NCBI GenBank assembly: GCA_964561495.1
Contig: CAZLPW010000003.1
Span: forward strand, 13,258 to 77,257
Direction of reading: 5' to 3'
DNA length: 64,000 nucleotides
Source of the DNA: an uncultured bacterium
GTDB lineage: Bacteria > Fidelibacterota > Marinisomatia > Marinisomatales > UBA1611
Made by a program: the position numbers and the translations under genes. Below are positions 55,552 to 63,628 of the stretch, one piece after another (position 1 is the stretch's first letter; the number at the start of each line of letters is the position of its first letter). Below the pieces are notes generated by a model. The model saw nothing but the letters and a program-made list of their open reading frames with translations, made no database searches and was not told where the DNA came from.

Positions 55552-57248
55552 TGAAAATAATTGTTTTATTTTTCATTCTATCAAGTAATATATTAGCTCA
55601 AGTGGAAAAGGCAGACATAATGCCAGGTAAAAGAGGTGACAATTTTAGAGTTTGGATATATTTTCATGATAAGCCAGGTTCTGTAAATGCTTTTATATCC
55701 GAGCGAGCTATACAAAGAAGAAAAAGAAATAGAGCGTATGAGAGTTCTGGTTGGTATGATAAAGAGGTATCCTCAGAATATGTAAATACTATTAAGAATT
55801 TAGGATTAGAAATAAAAAACAAAAGCAGATGGCTTAATGCTGTTTCAGTCGAAACTGACCTAAATAAAATAAATAATTTATTAGAATATGACTTTGTAAA
55901 AAAAATAGAACCCGTTTATAGATATACAAAGAAAAAAAAGGTTGCTTTCAAAGATAAAGGAAATGCTATTAATAATAATTCATTGCACAGGGATCTCGAT
56001 TATGGATATTCTCAAACCCAAATTGAGCAGATTAATGCCCACATTGGGCATCAGCGTGGCTATTTTGGACAGGGCGTTCGAATTCTACTTCTAGATACAG
56101 GCTATTTATTAGACCACTCTGCTTTTGATTCACTTAATGTTATTGACCAGTATGATTTTATTAATAATGATAGTATTACCTATAATGAATTGAATCAGGA
56201 CAATTCTCAACAGATAAATCATGGAACGGCCATGTTGAGTATAATAGGTGGCTATTTACCAGGGAGCTTAATTGGACCAGCATATAAATCAGAATATTTA
56301 CTGGCAAAAACCGAAGATGTCTCTAATGAAAGCCAAGTCGAGGAAGACAATTATGTTTCTGCCTTGGAATGGGGAGAAGCACTCGGCGCGGATATAAGCT
56401 CTTCTTCATTAGGCTACTTAGACTGGTATTCATATTGCGATATGGATGGCAATACTGCGGTGACTACCATTGGTGTGGATATTGCTTCTAGTTTGGGGGT
56501 GCTCTGTGTGACTTCTGCTGGTAATTGGGGTGGAACTCCACCAAATCAGGATCCCTGTCAGATCCCTCTAGAGCATTATATCTCAGCTCCTGCGGACGCT
56601 GATTCTGTTATCTCTGTCGGAGCAGTATATGGTACTGGTGAGATTGCCTATTTTAGTTCAAGAGGTCCTTCTTACGATGGCAGGATTAAGCCAGAAGTTT
56701 GTGCAATGGGGGTAGGGGTAGTAGGTGTACAAGTAGGTAGCCAAAATGATATTACGACTATCTATAGTGGGACTTCAGCCTCATGTCCATTAGTTAGTGG
56801 TGCTGCTGCTATTATTATGAGTGCAAAACCTGATTGGACAGCCATGCAAGTAAGGCATGCGATATTATCTACGGCATCAAATTACAGTGCTCCAGACACG
56901 ACCAAAGGGTATGGGATAGTTAATATTGCAGATGCCTTAGATTTTGAATTCCCGACAAATTCAATTTTTCCATCAAATATAGTTAATAACTTTCATATTT
57001 CTAATGCTTATCCAAACCCTTTTAACCCCATAGTGTTTTTTAATTTAGATATAGGCTCAAGTATGTTTCTGAAGGTTGAAATTTTAAATTTAAATGGAAA
57101 AACTGTATCTGTTCTTTTCAATGATAATATTGGAATTTCAAAAACGAGTATAGCATGGGATGGATCAAGCTTTTCATCTGGAATTTATTTTGTCAGAGTT
57201 AAAGCTAAAAACAGACATTACTTACAGAAAATTACATTATTAAAATAA
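55551..57248 (+). CDS. Secreted S8 subtilisin-family serine protease with T9SS C-terminal sorting domain
   Basis: The catalytic triad contexts are LLLDTGY (Asp), NHGTAM (His) and SGTSASCPLVSG (Ser). The C-terminus NAYPNPFNP...GIYFVRV...KITLLK is a T9SS type A CTD. A TAATG junction lies at 55549-55553. Confidence 0.85.
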   Translation: MKIIVLFFILSSNILAQVEKADIMPGKRGDNFRVWIYFHDKPGSVNAFISERAIQRRKRNRAYESSGWYDKEVSSEYVNTIKNLGLEIKNKSRWLNAVSVETDLNKINNLLEYDFVKKIEPVYRYTKKKKVAFKDKGNAINNNSLHRDLDYGYSQTQIEQINAHIGHQRGYFGQGVRILLLDTGYLLDHSAFDSLNVIDQYDFINNDSITYNELNQDNSQQINHGTAMLSIIGGYLPGSLIGPAYKSEYLLAKTEDVSNESQVEEDNYVSALEWGEALGADISSSSLGYLDWYSYCDMDGNTAVTTIGVDIASSLGVLCVTSAGNWGGTPPNQDPCQIPLEHYISAPADADSVISVGAVYGTGEIAYFSSRGPSYDGRIKPEVCAMGVGVVGVQVGSQNDITTIYSGTSASCPLVSGAAAIIMSAKPDWTAMQVRHAILSTASNYSAPDTTKGYGIVNIADALDFEFPTNSIFPSNIVNNFHISNAYPNPFNPIVFFNLDIGSSMFLKVEILNLNGKTVSVLFNDNIGISKTSIAWDGSSFSSGIYFVRVKAKNRHYLQKITLLK

Positions 57249-57254
57249 TATCAA

Positions 57255-57305
57255 AAATTCAATCTAATTCTTGCCTTATTAATTAGATTCACCGAAATTC
57301 AATCT
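57255..57305. repeat. Intergenic direct repeat AAATTCAATCT (x2) bracketing a 9-bp inverted repeat
   Basis: AAATTCAATCT occurs at 57255-57265 and 57295-57305. AATCTAATT (57261-57269) is the reverse complement of AATTAGATT (57281-57289). Confidence 0.6.
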
Positions 57306-57323
57306 CGCCCCAGTGTGTTCAAT

Positions 57324-59102
57324 ATGATTACCAAAATACATAAAATATTAGTTAAAGCGTTTTTTATTTCTAGTTGCTTGTTTTCACAGGAAACAGATAA
57401 GGATGCTCTAAGCCCTTTTCCAGTCGAACTATCGATATATGAGGGCTATCAATCTTTGCTATTAAACTGGTCTTTTAATGATTCAATTGTTCCTCAAAAG
57501 ATAATGATTAATGCACGAAAATCTTCTGATCAAGAATTTTATTTAGTAAAAGAGCTCAAGCCTGATATAAATAAATTTCTTGATAATAGTTGTGAGTCAG
57601 GTGAAAGATATTTTTATATTGTAGAGGTTGAAGATTTTTTTGGAAATATATACTCTAGTGATAGTCAATATCCAGTTTTTGGCACATGTCAAGAATTTGG
57701 AGATGCTGTTAAATATGACTCAACAATCACAGATGTCAAAACAATGATTTTAAAAGAGATAGTTTTAGCAGGATCGATTTTATCTCAAGAATTGGAAATT
57801 AAGAGTGTCTTATCTCTTTTTAATTCAAAAACTATTAACGAAGCATTGTGGATAGAAAACTTTCCAATAAACGAGATATCAAATATTTATTTACAACTTG
57901 ATTTAATTGAACAAATACTTTATGACTCAGATTTAATTGATAAAATCTTAGATAAAGAATTAGCCTATCGCAATCAGTTATATCTTTCCCCTCATGATTG
58001 GAATAATAAAATAAAAGAAGAAATTGAAAAAATTAAATCTGATTGGGTTAAAATATTTTGGAGCTATGAAAAAAGTCTTTCAATTATTTCTGAAATCCCT
58101 CCATTATTTGTCTTAGGTGTTTTTCCATATGAAAATGATAGCACAAAAGTTAAAATTTTGGTTAATGAAAAAAGGCAGCAATATAGTAATATGGAAGAAA
58201 CATATTTATTATATGAAGATGAATTTTTAGATTTAACTATCTCTGATAAAGATAGCTTAGGATTAATATTTTTAAATATTCCAAAATATTGGGATCATTT
58301 TGATTTAATAAGTAATGGATCTTTCCTGAAGCGTATTCCTCTTTGGATTTCGGATCCCATTATCAATACTATTGAGGGAGAACTGATTCCTTCTGATTCT
58401 GCATTATCATTAAAATTTAAGGCTGATAGTCTAAGTGCTTGGCTTAATGAGGTTATATGGTCTCCATCTTCATTAAAATTAGATTTAGAGGTCGCTGGAA
58501 CACCAGAGTTTGATGATTATTATGCATTATCATTAAATGATATGTTTATATGGGAGCCTGGTTGGGATTTGAGCTTTGAGACTCAATTTATTGATTCCAC
58601 CTTTATATTAGATCAAGGCCTGAATTTTCCTATCCTGCTTTCTTGGAATAAATGGGAAGAAGATGGCTGGAGCCCTGTTGAGTATATGATTTTAGATACG
58701 TTGTCCTTACTATTAAATCGTTTTCCAGATGGAGGGAAGTGGTCTCAGTTAACAAATAATTCAACTCTTGGTACAACTAATAATCCTCTTTCTGAAAATA
58801 TTGATCAAGAGCTAATACCCGAGTTTTTTGTTTTATATCAAAATTATCCGAACCCTTTTAATGGTTTAACAAGGTTAACGTTTGATCTTTTAGAGGATTC
58901 TATGGTATCATTTTATGTTACGGATGCAACAGGAAGAGTCCAAGAAAGGTTTTTAAATAATGAATTTATTAATAGAGGCACATACAACTTTGACTGGAAT
59001 GGAGAACATTATTCTACAGGAATCTACTTTTTCACAATACAAGTACAATCGGGTATTTATGCACCTGCTTTAATGAGCAGAAAAATGATTTATTTAAAAT
59101 AA
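57324..59102 (+). CDS. Secreted protein of unknown function with N-terminal Fn3-like segment and T9SS C-terminal sorting domain
   Basis: From the ATG at 57324 the signal peptide is MITKIHKILVKAFFISSCLFSQ. The C-terminus is QNYPNPFNGLTRLTFDL...GIYFFTIQV...KMIYLK. Confidence 0.6.
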   Translation: MITKIHKILVKAFFISSCLFSQETDKDALSPFPVELSIYEGYQSLLLNWSFNDSIVPQKIMINARKSSDQEFYLVKELKPDINKFLDNSCESGERYFYIVEVEDFFGNIYSSDSQYPVFGTCQEFGDAVKYDSTITDVKTMILKEIVLAGSILSQELEIKSVLSLFNSKTINEALWIENFPINEISNIYLQLDLIEQILYDSDLIDKILDKELAYRNQLYLSPHDWNNKIKEEIEKIKSDWVKIFWSYEKSLSIISEIPPLFVLGVFPYENDSTKVKILVNEKRQQYSNMEETYLLYEDEFLDLTISDKDSLGLIFLNIPKYWDHFDLISNGSFLKRIPLWISDPIINTIEGELIPSDSALSLKFKADSLSAWLNEVIWSPSSLKLDLEVAGTPEFDDYYALSLNDMFIWEPGWDLSFETQFIDSTFILDQGLNFPILLSWNKWEEDGWSPVEYMILDTLSLLLNRFPDGGKWSQLTNNSTLGTTNNPLSENIDQELIPEFFVLYQNYPNPFNGLTRLTFDLLEDSMVSFYVTDATGRVQERFLNNEFINRGTYNFDWNGEHYSTGIYFFTIQVQSGIYAPALMSRKMIYLK

Positions 59103-59158
59103 ATTAATTTTTGTTTTCGGTTTAAACTCAATACATATTATTGTATTTTCACCTTATT

Positions 59159-59866
59159 ATGATAAGGCTCAACTTATTTGTTATTTTAATTTTTGTATTT
59201 TTTGGAATACAGGGTTGCACATCTCATCCCGCAATACAACCTAATTTACCTGAGCCTGGAACTACGGACATGGGCTTTTCATTTTCTGTTGAAAACATAG
59301 TTCCTGTCATTTGGTGGAGACGTGGGATTAATGAAAATACTGATATAGGTTTAAGAGTCGGTATCCCTCTCTCAGGTACTGGGATTGATATTAATAGGGT
59401 TCTTTTTAGAAAAGAACGAAGTTGGGAAATTTTAAATTTAGCATATAGCATTAATCCAAATTCTAATTATGATTTGAGTTATATAAGATTTAAAAAAAAT
59501 CTCAGGTCAAGTAAAATATCTTGGCTTGGTTTTAGAGTTATGGTTATTCCGAAAGGCGCCGTCCGCAGGGTAAATGAAGATGATTTAAACTATTCTGCTA
59601 GCAACCGAGCTGGTTTATTCTATGGCAGACAAATGAGTCAAAAGTGGGGGATTGAGTTTGGGTATTTTCATGATTTTAATTCTATGCCCCTAGGTAAGGT
59701 TTTTTCAACAGATTGGGATCCAGCATCTGAGAGTGTAAAGGCTGAATATGGCGACCAATATAAGTTTTATCCACTTACTTCTGGAGGGAATTTGCCTTCT
59801 GAATATTCTCGACGGGTTGGACTTTCCCTTCAATTATACATGTATTTAGGTAAGTTAAATAAGTAA
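59159..59866 (+). CDS. Lipoprotein, hypothetical (beta-rich)
   Basis: From the ATG at 59159 the sequence is MIRLNLFVILIFVFFGIQGCTS, which carries a lipobox. No family was recognised. Confidence 0.5.
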   Translation: MIRLNLFVILIFVFFGIQGCTSHPAIQPNLPEPGTTDMGFSFSVENIVPVIWWRRGINENTDIGLRVGIPLSGTGIDINRVLFRKERSWEILNLAYSINPNSNYDLSYIRFKKNLRSSKISWLGFRVMVIPKGAVRRVNEDDLNYSASNRAGLFYGRQMSQKWGIEFGYFHDFNSMPLGKVFSTDWDPASESVKAEYGDQYKFYPLTSGGNLPSEYSRRVGLSLQLYMYLGKLNK

Positions 59867-59878
59867 TAGAAATCTGGG

Positions 59879-60880
59879 ATGACGGTCTCTAAATTTTTTG
59901 AATTTTTAAAGTCAAAAGATATTGAAAAATCAAAAGAATTTATTCAAACTGAATTGAATACTGAAAAAGATTTAATAGGTATTATAAGTGATTTAATATT
60001 ATTTAGTTCTTTAGTATATAGAAATCATAATAAAAAGATCCATCCTATAATTTTAGTTAATGCATTAAAAAATATTATTGGAGATGATCGAAAGAATCCA
60101 TCAAAGATACTTTTAAATTTTTTTATTGAATACTTAAACTTGTTTAAGCTTAGAACGAATGATGACAAATTAATAGATAAAACTTTAAAAGAAGGTCCTA
60201 GGGAATCAGAATTTGTATCAGATTTACATGATGCATGTCAAGAAGGCGATTCTAAAAAAATAAAAAAAATATCTGCCAGAATATATATTGTTTCAGAAAG
60301 ATCTAGAGCAGTTCTTGATGCGCTAGTAGAAGTTGTATTGCAAAACGTAGAGGATAGTATTTTGTTTGTGCATCATTTACTTAGATCTTTTCAGTTTCAA
60401 AAATCTAAAAACTCATGGGCATTCGTCTGTTCTTTGATCCAAGAAATGGATTTTTTTTCTGTTCCTGATCCTCATAAAGCAAGTATGATTACCCCAAAAG
60501 ATATTAGAAAAAAAATGATTCTATCTGGGGAGGTTAATTTATTTTCTTCAGTTGAACGACTGTGGAATGGTGATTATGTGAGAGTTGAAAGTTATAGAAG
60601 AGAATTAAGTCATTGGTGTCTCGAAATGTCGGAAGGTATAAAAATAAAGAATAAGAAAAAACCGATTAGTTTTTCATTTAAAGACAAAAATAATAATTTT
60701 TTTATTAACCTAGGGGAATCAATTGTTTTAGATAAAAATAAATCTTTAAAAGAAAGGATCAATGGTTTGGTAATTTTAGAATCGCTAAGAGCAATGAAAA
60801 AAATGAGCAAATCAAATCAGATAGAATCATTAGAAAACTGTTTTGCAAATATTATAGAAAATGAAAATTGGAAAATATAA
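59879..60880 (+). CDS. Hypothetical protein (predominantly helical by composition)
   Basis: A 333-aa ORF with no signal peptide and no recognised motif. Confidence 0.45.
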   Translation: MTVSKFFEFLKSKDIEKSKEFIQTELNTEKDLIGIISDLILFSSLVYRNHNKKIHPIILVNALKNIIGDDRKNPSKILLNFFIEYLNLFKLRTNDDKLIDKTLKEGPRESEFVSDLHDACQEGDSKKIKKISARIYIVSERSRAVLDALVEVVLQNVEDSILFVHHLLRSFQFQKSKNSWAFVCSLIQEMDFFSVPDPHKASMITPKDIRKKMILSGEVNLFSSVERLWNGDYVRVESYRRELSHWCLEMSEGIKIKNKKKPISFSFKDKNNNFFINLGESIVLDKNKSLKERINGLVILESLRAMKKMSKSNQIESLENCFANIIENENWKI

Positions 60881-61709
60881 ATTATTTAGTATAGAAACTT
60901 CAGAGTTTAGTCTTGATGGTGGCGCTATGTTTGGTATTATTCCAAAACCGCTATGGGAAAAACAGGCTAATCCAGATGATTTTAATAGGATTAAAATGGT
61001 TACTAGATCTTTACTTCTTATTAGCGAAACAAAACGAATTTTAATTGATACTGGTAATGGAACTAAATGGAGTAAAAAATTGCGCCACCGTTACAATATT
61101 GATAATAGTAGATATTCTATTGAGATCTCATTGTCAAAATACGGATATAAGCCTGAAGATATTTCAGATGTTATTTGCACTCATCTTCATTTTGATCATG
61201 CTGGTGGGAATACCTGTTTTGATGGAGATAAAATAATTCCAACTTTTCCAAATGCGAAATATTGGATATCTAAGTTAAACTGGGACCTTGCAAATTGTCC
61301 ATCTCCAAAAGATTCGGGAAGCTTTATAGAATCTGATTGGCGTGTTTTAGAAGAAAACAATATGATTAAACTAATTAAAGGAGAGAATTCTTTTATTGAT
61401 GGGATTGATATTTTTATAACTAATGGACATACATACGGTTTGATGCATCCAATAATTTCTGATGAAAAAGATACAATTTTTTTTGGTGCTGATATTTTTC
61501 CTACGGTAGCACATTTGCAAGTGCCATGGGTAATGGCATATGACATAGAACCACTTGTGACAATAAAAGAAAAAACAAATTTGCTTAATATGATTCAAAA
61601 AAATAATTGGAAAATATTTTTTGAGCATGATCCCGATATAGAGGCGTGTACAATCAAAACATCAAAGAATAGTTTTATTATAGATAAGCCGATAATAATA
61701 AATGAATGA
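60861..61709 (+). CDS. MBL-fold metallo-hydrolase
   Basis: CTHLHFDHAGGN carries the HxHxDH motif. GGAMFGIIPKPLWEK lies at the N-terminus. Confidence 0.8.
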   Translation: MKIGKYKLFSIETSEFSLDGGAMFGIIPKPLWEKQANPDDFNRIKMVTRSLLLISETKRILIDTGNGTKWSKKLRHRYNIDNSRYSIEISLSKYGYKPEDISDVICTHLHFDHAGGNTCFDGDKIIPTFPNAKYWISKLNWDLANCPSPKDSGSFIESDWRVLEENNMIKLIKGENSFIDGIDIFITNGHTYGLMHPIISDEKDTIFFGADIFPTVAHLQVPWVMAYDIEPLVTIKEKTNLLNMIQKNNWKIFFEHDPDIEACTIKTSKNSFIIDKPIIINE

Positions 61710-62067
61710 AGAACGAAAAAAAGAAGCCTTGTTTATTGAGGGCATGCGTTACTATTCTCAAAAGGAATATTTTGAGTCCCATGAGGTTTGGGAAGAGCTA
61801 TGGTCTGATTACTATTTGGTAGATAGAAAATTTATTCAAGCTTTAATTCAATTATCAGTTAGCTTTGTGCATTTAGGCAATAATAATATTAAAGGAGCAA
61901 AAAGTTTACTTAATAAAAGTAAAAACAAATTTAAAGAATATTCAGGAAATCATAGAGGAATTAATGTGCCAAAACTTTTAACTGAAATTGAAATTGTTTT
62001 AGATAAATACAACAATTTTAAAGGAGCAGATACTTTTGATTGGGATAGTGTTCCCTTATTAGATTAG
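61702..62067 (+). CDS. DUF309 family protein
   Basis: FIEGMRYYSQKEYFESHEVWEELW...ALIQLSVSFVH is present. Confidence 0.65.
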   Translation: MNEERKKEALFIEGMRYYSQKEYFESHEVWEELWSDYYLVDRKFIQALIQLSVSFVHLGNNNIKGAKSLLNKSKNKFKEYSGNHRGINVPKLLTEIEIVLDKYNNFKGADTFDWDSVPLLD

Positions 62068-62418
62068 ATGGCCATGATTGAGATTTTATTATTTGTAAAG
62101 GATTTTGAACTTGGATCGAAAATATCTGAACGTTGTGTAGATCAAGGCAGAAATGTGGAGTTTAGCGATGAGAAGAGCGATCCAGCGAATTTCCCAGAGT
62201 CTATAAAATTGGCAATAGTTGATTTTGATGAGGAGGTGTTTTCATCTGTTGGCTTGGTATCAGGGTTGAAGCAAAGAAATTTAAAAATAATAGGAACTAT
62301 GCAAAAAATTAGTAATCATGATCAGAGTAGACTTCGTTCTTCTGGATGTGATATTATTTTGACAAAATCAAGTATTGTAAAAAACTTGCCTAATTTATTT
62401 TCTGAATTTTTAGATTAG
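62068..62418 (+). CDS. Hypothetical small protein, possibly receiver-like (CheY-fold) without obvious phosphoacceptor context
   Basis: 116 aa with an alternating beta/alpha pattern (IEILLFV, LAIVDFD, KIIGT, DIILTK). The assignment is weak. Confidence 0.3.
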   Translation: MAMIEILLFVKDFELGSKISERCVDQGRNVEFSDEKSDPANFPESIKLAIVDFDEEVFSSVGLVSGLKQRNLKIIGTMQKISNHDQSRLRSSGCDIILTKSSIVKNLPNLFSEFLD

Positions 62419-62557
62419 TTTTTATAAAGCTACGTTTCTCATTGAATTTACAATCTTCATTTTACTAGATTTTTGCCTTAGTGCTTTTGTATAATATATA
62501 AATGATAATAACTGGAATTTGAAAAATTAACTAAAAAAATTTGCATTATACAAATAA

Positions 62558-62977
62558 ATGAAGTATCCAGTTCTTACTAAAAAATACCACTTTTGTGCAT
62601 CGCATAAATATGGAAATCCAAAATGGACCGAAAAAGAAAATATAGATGTTTTTAAAAAAGATTATAATATTCATGGTCATAATTATGTTTTGGAGGTATC
62701 TGTAACTGGCCCTATTAATCCTGATACTGGTTGGCTGGTAGATTTAAATAAGCTTAATAAATTAGTTAAGTCTCATGTAGTGGATATTATTGACCATTCC
62801 CATATTGAATTAGATATTGATTGGTTTAATAATAGACAACCTTCATCGGAAAATATTTTAATTTGGGTTTGGGAACAACTCGCATCTAGGTTAACGGATT
62901 GTAAGCTTTATCGGCTTCGGCTCGTTGAAACCCACTCTATACATACAGACTATTATGGAGGCAAAGGTGAATTTTAA
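62558..62977 (+). CDS. queD: 6-carboxy-5,6,7,8-tetrahydropterin synthase (PTPS/QueD family)
   Basis: HFCASHKY, HGHNY.LEVSVTG, TGWLVDL, IDHS and the region around SSENI are present. Confidence 0.85.
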   Translation: MKYPVLTKKYHFCASHKYGNPKWTEKENIDVFKKDYNIHGHNYVLEVSVTGPINPDTGWLVDLNKLNKLVKSHVVDIIDHSHIELDIDWFNNRQPSSENILIWVWEQLASRLTDCKLYRLRLVETHSIHTDYYGGKGEF

Positions 62978-63626
62978 AGACCGCTTTTATTTAATTTTGT
63001 CAGGAATTTTTATAGCCTCCTTGGTTACTTGTAACCTCATAGCTAACAAATTTGTAACCGTTGATTTAGGTTTTAAGGTTTTCATTGTTTCTGCTGGAAT
63101 TCTACCTTATCCGTTAACATTTTTGGTTACGGATATTCTTTCTGAATTATATGGTCAAAAGAAGACTAATGCTGTTGTTTTTTCAGGATTTATAGCGTCT
63201 CTTTTTGTTTTAAGTTTTCTATGGCTTGGTGGTCAGTTTAATGCGATTCCTAGCTCTATAGTAAATGACGAAACATACAACGCTGTTTTCCAAAACGCCT
63301 GGCGACTAATTGCAGCATCCATGATAGCATATCTTTTTGCTCAATTTATTGATGTGAAAATATTTCATTTCTGGAAAAGGTTAACCAAAGGCAGGCATTT
63401 ATGGCTTAGAAATAATGGTTCTACGATAGCATCCCAATTAATTGATACCACATTGGTAATAGCTATATTATTTATTGGGGTTTGGGATTCTGGCCAAATA
63501 ATATCCGCTATAATTGATGGTTGGATGTTTAAAATGCTAATGGCTTTTATTGATACACCTATTATATACGGAATTATTCATTTGCTGAAAGGTAAAATAG
63601 ATATTTTAGTTCTTGAGGAAGGTTAA
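62955..63626 (+). CDS. yhhQ: Queuosine-precursor transporter (YhhQ/DUF165, VUT family)
   Basis: Polytopic. [36 protein letters not shown] and [12 protein letters not shown] are present. The ATG at 62955 is preferred over 62925. Confidence 0.7.
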   Translation: MEAKVNFKDRFYLILSGIFIASLVTCNLIANKFVTVDLGFKVFIVSAGILPYPLTFLVTDILSELYGQKKTNAVVFSGFIASLFVLSFLWLGGQFNAIPSSIVNDETYNAVFQNAWRLIAASMIAYLFAQFIDVKIFHFWKRLTKGRHLWLRNNGSTIASQLIDTTLVIAILFIGVWDSGQIISAIIDGWMFKMLMAFIDTPIIYGIIHLLKGKIDILVLEEG

Positions 63627-63628
63627 AA

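Noticed and set aside
2566-61628. Short ORFs from the track that lie antisense to, or out of frame within, long well-supported genes.

Minus strand: 2566-2796, 6076-6381, 8070-8279, 9647-9883, 15407-15661, 21431-21661, 26628-26837, 27588-27989, 28335-28703, 29259-29537, 30165-30398, 33684-34094, 34772-34963, 45570-45815, 48742-48927, 51057-51281, 52853-53035, 54220-54501, 59224-59451, 60610-60810, 61196-61628.

Plus strand: 8284-8499, 29342-29554, 32326-32592, 34526-34804, 35749-35931, 37738-37929, 43603-43860, 52962-53171, 55046-55264, 61045-61236.
   Set aside because: All are embedded in genes with clear family motifs. Their translations are low-complexity and lack motifs. This is typical of shadow ORFs in AT-rich DNA.
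62419-62557. Possible preQ1 riboswitch upstream of queD.
   Set aside because: By eye I found no 5-bp P1 hairpin followed by the conserved A-rich tail/ACUA pseudoknot element. Only a short ATTTG/CAAAT hairpin lies next to the start codon. A covariance-model scan is needed to be sure.
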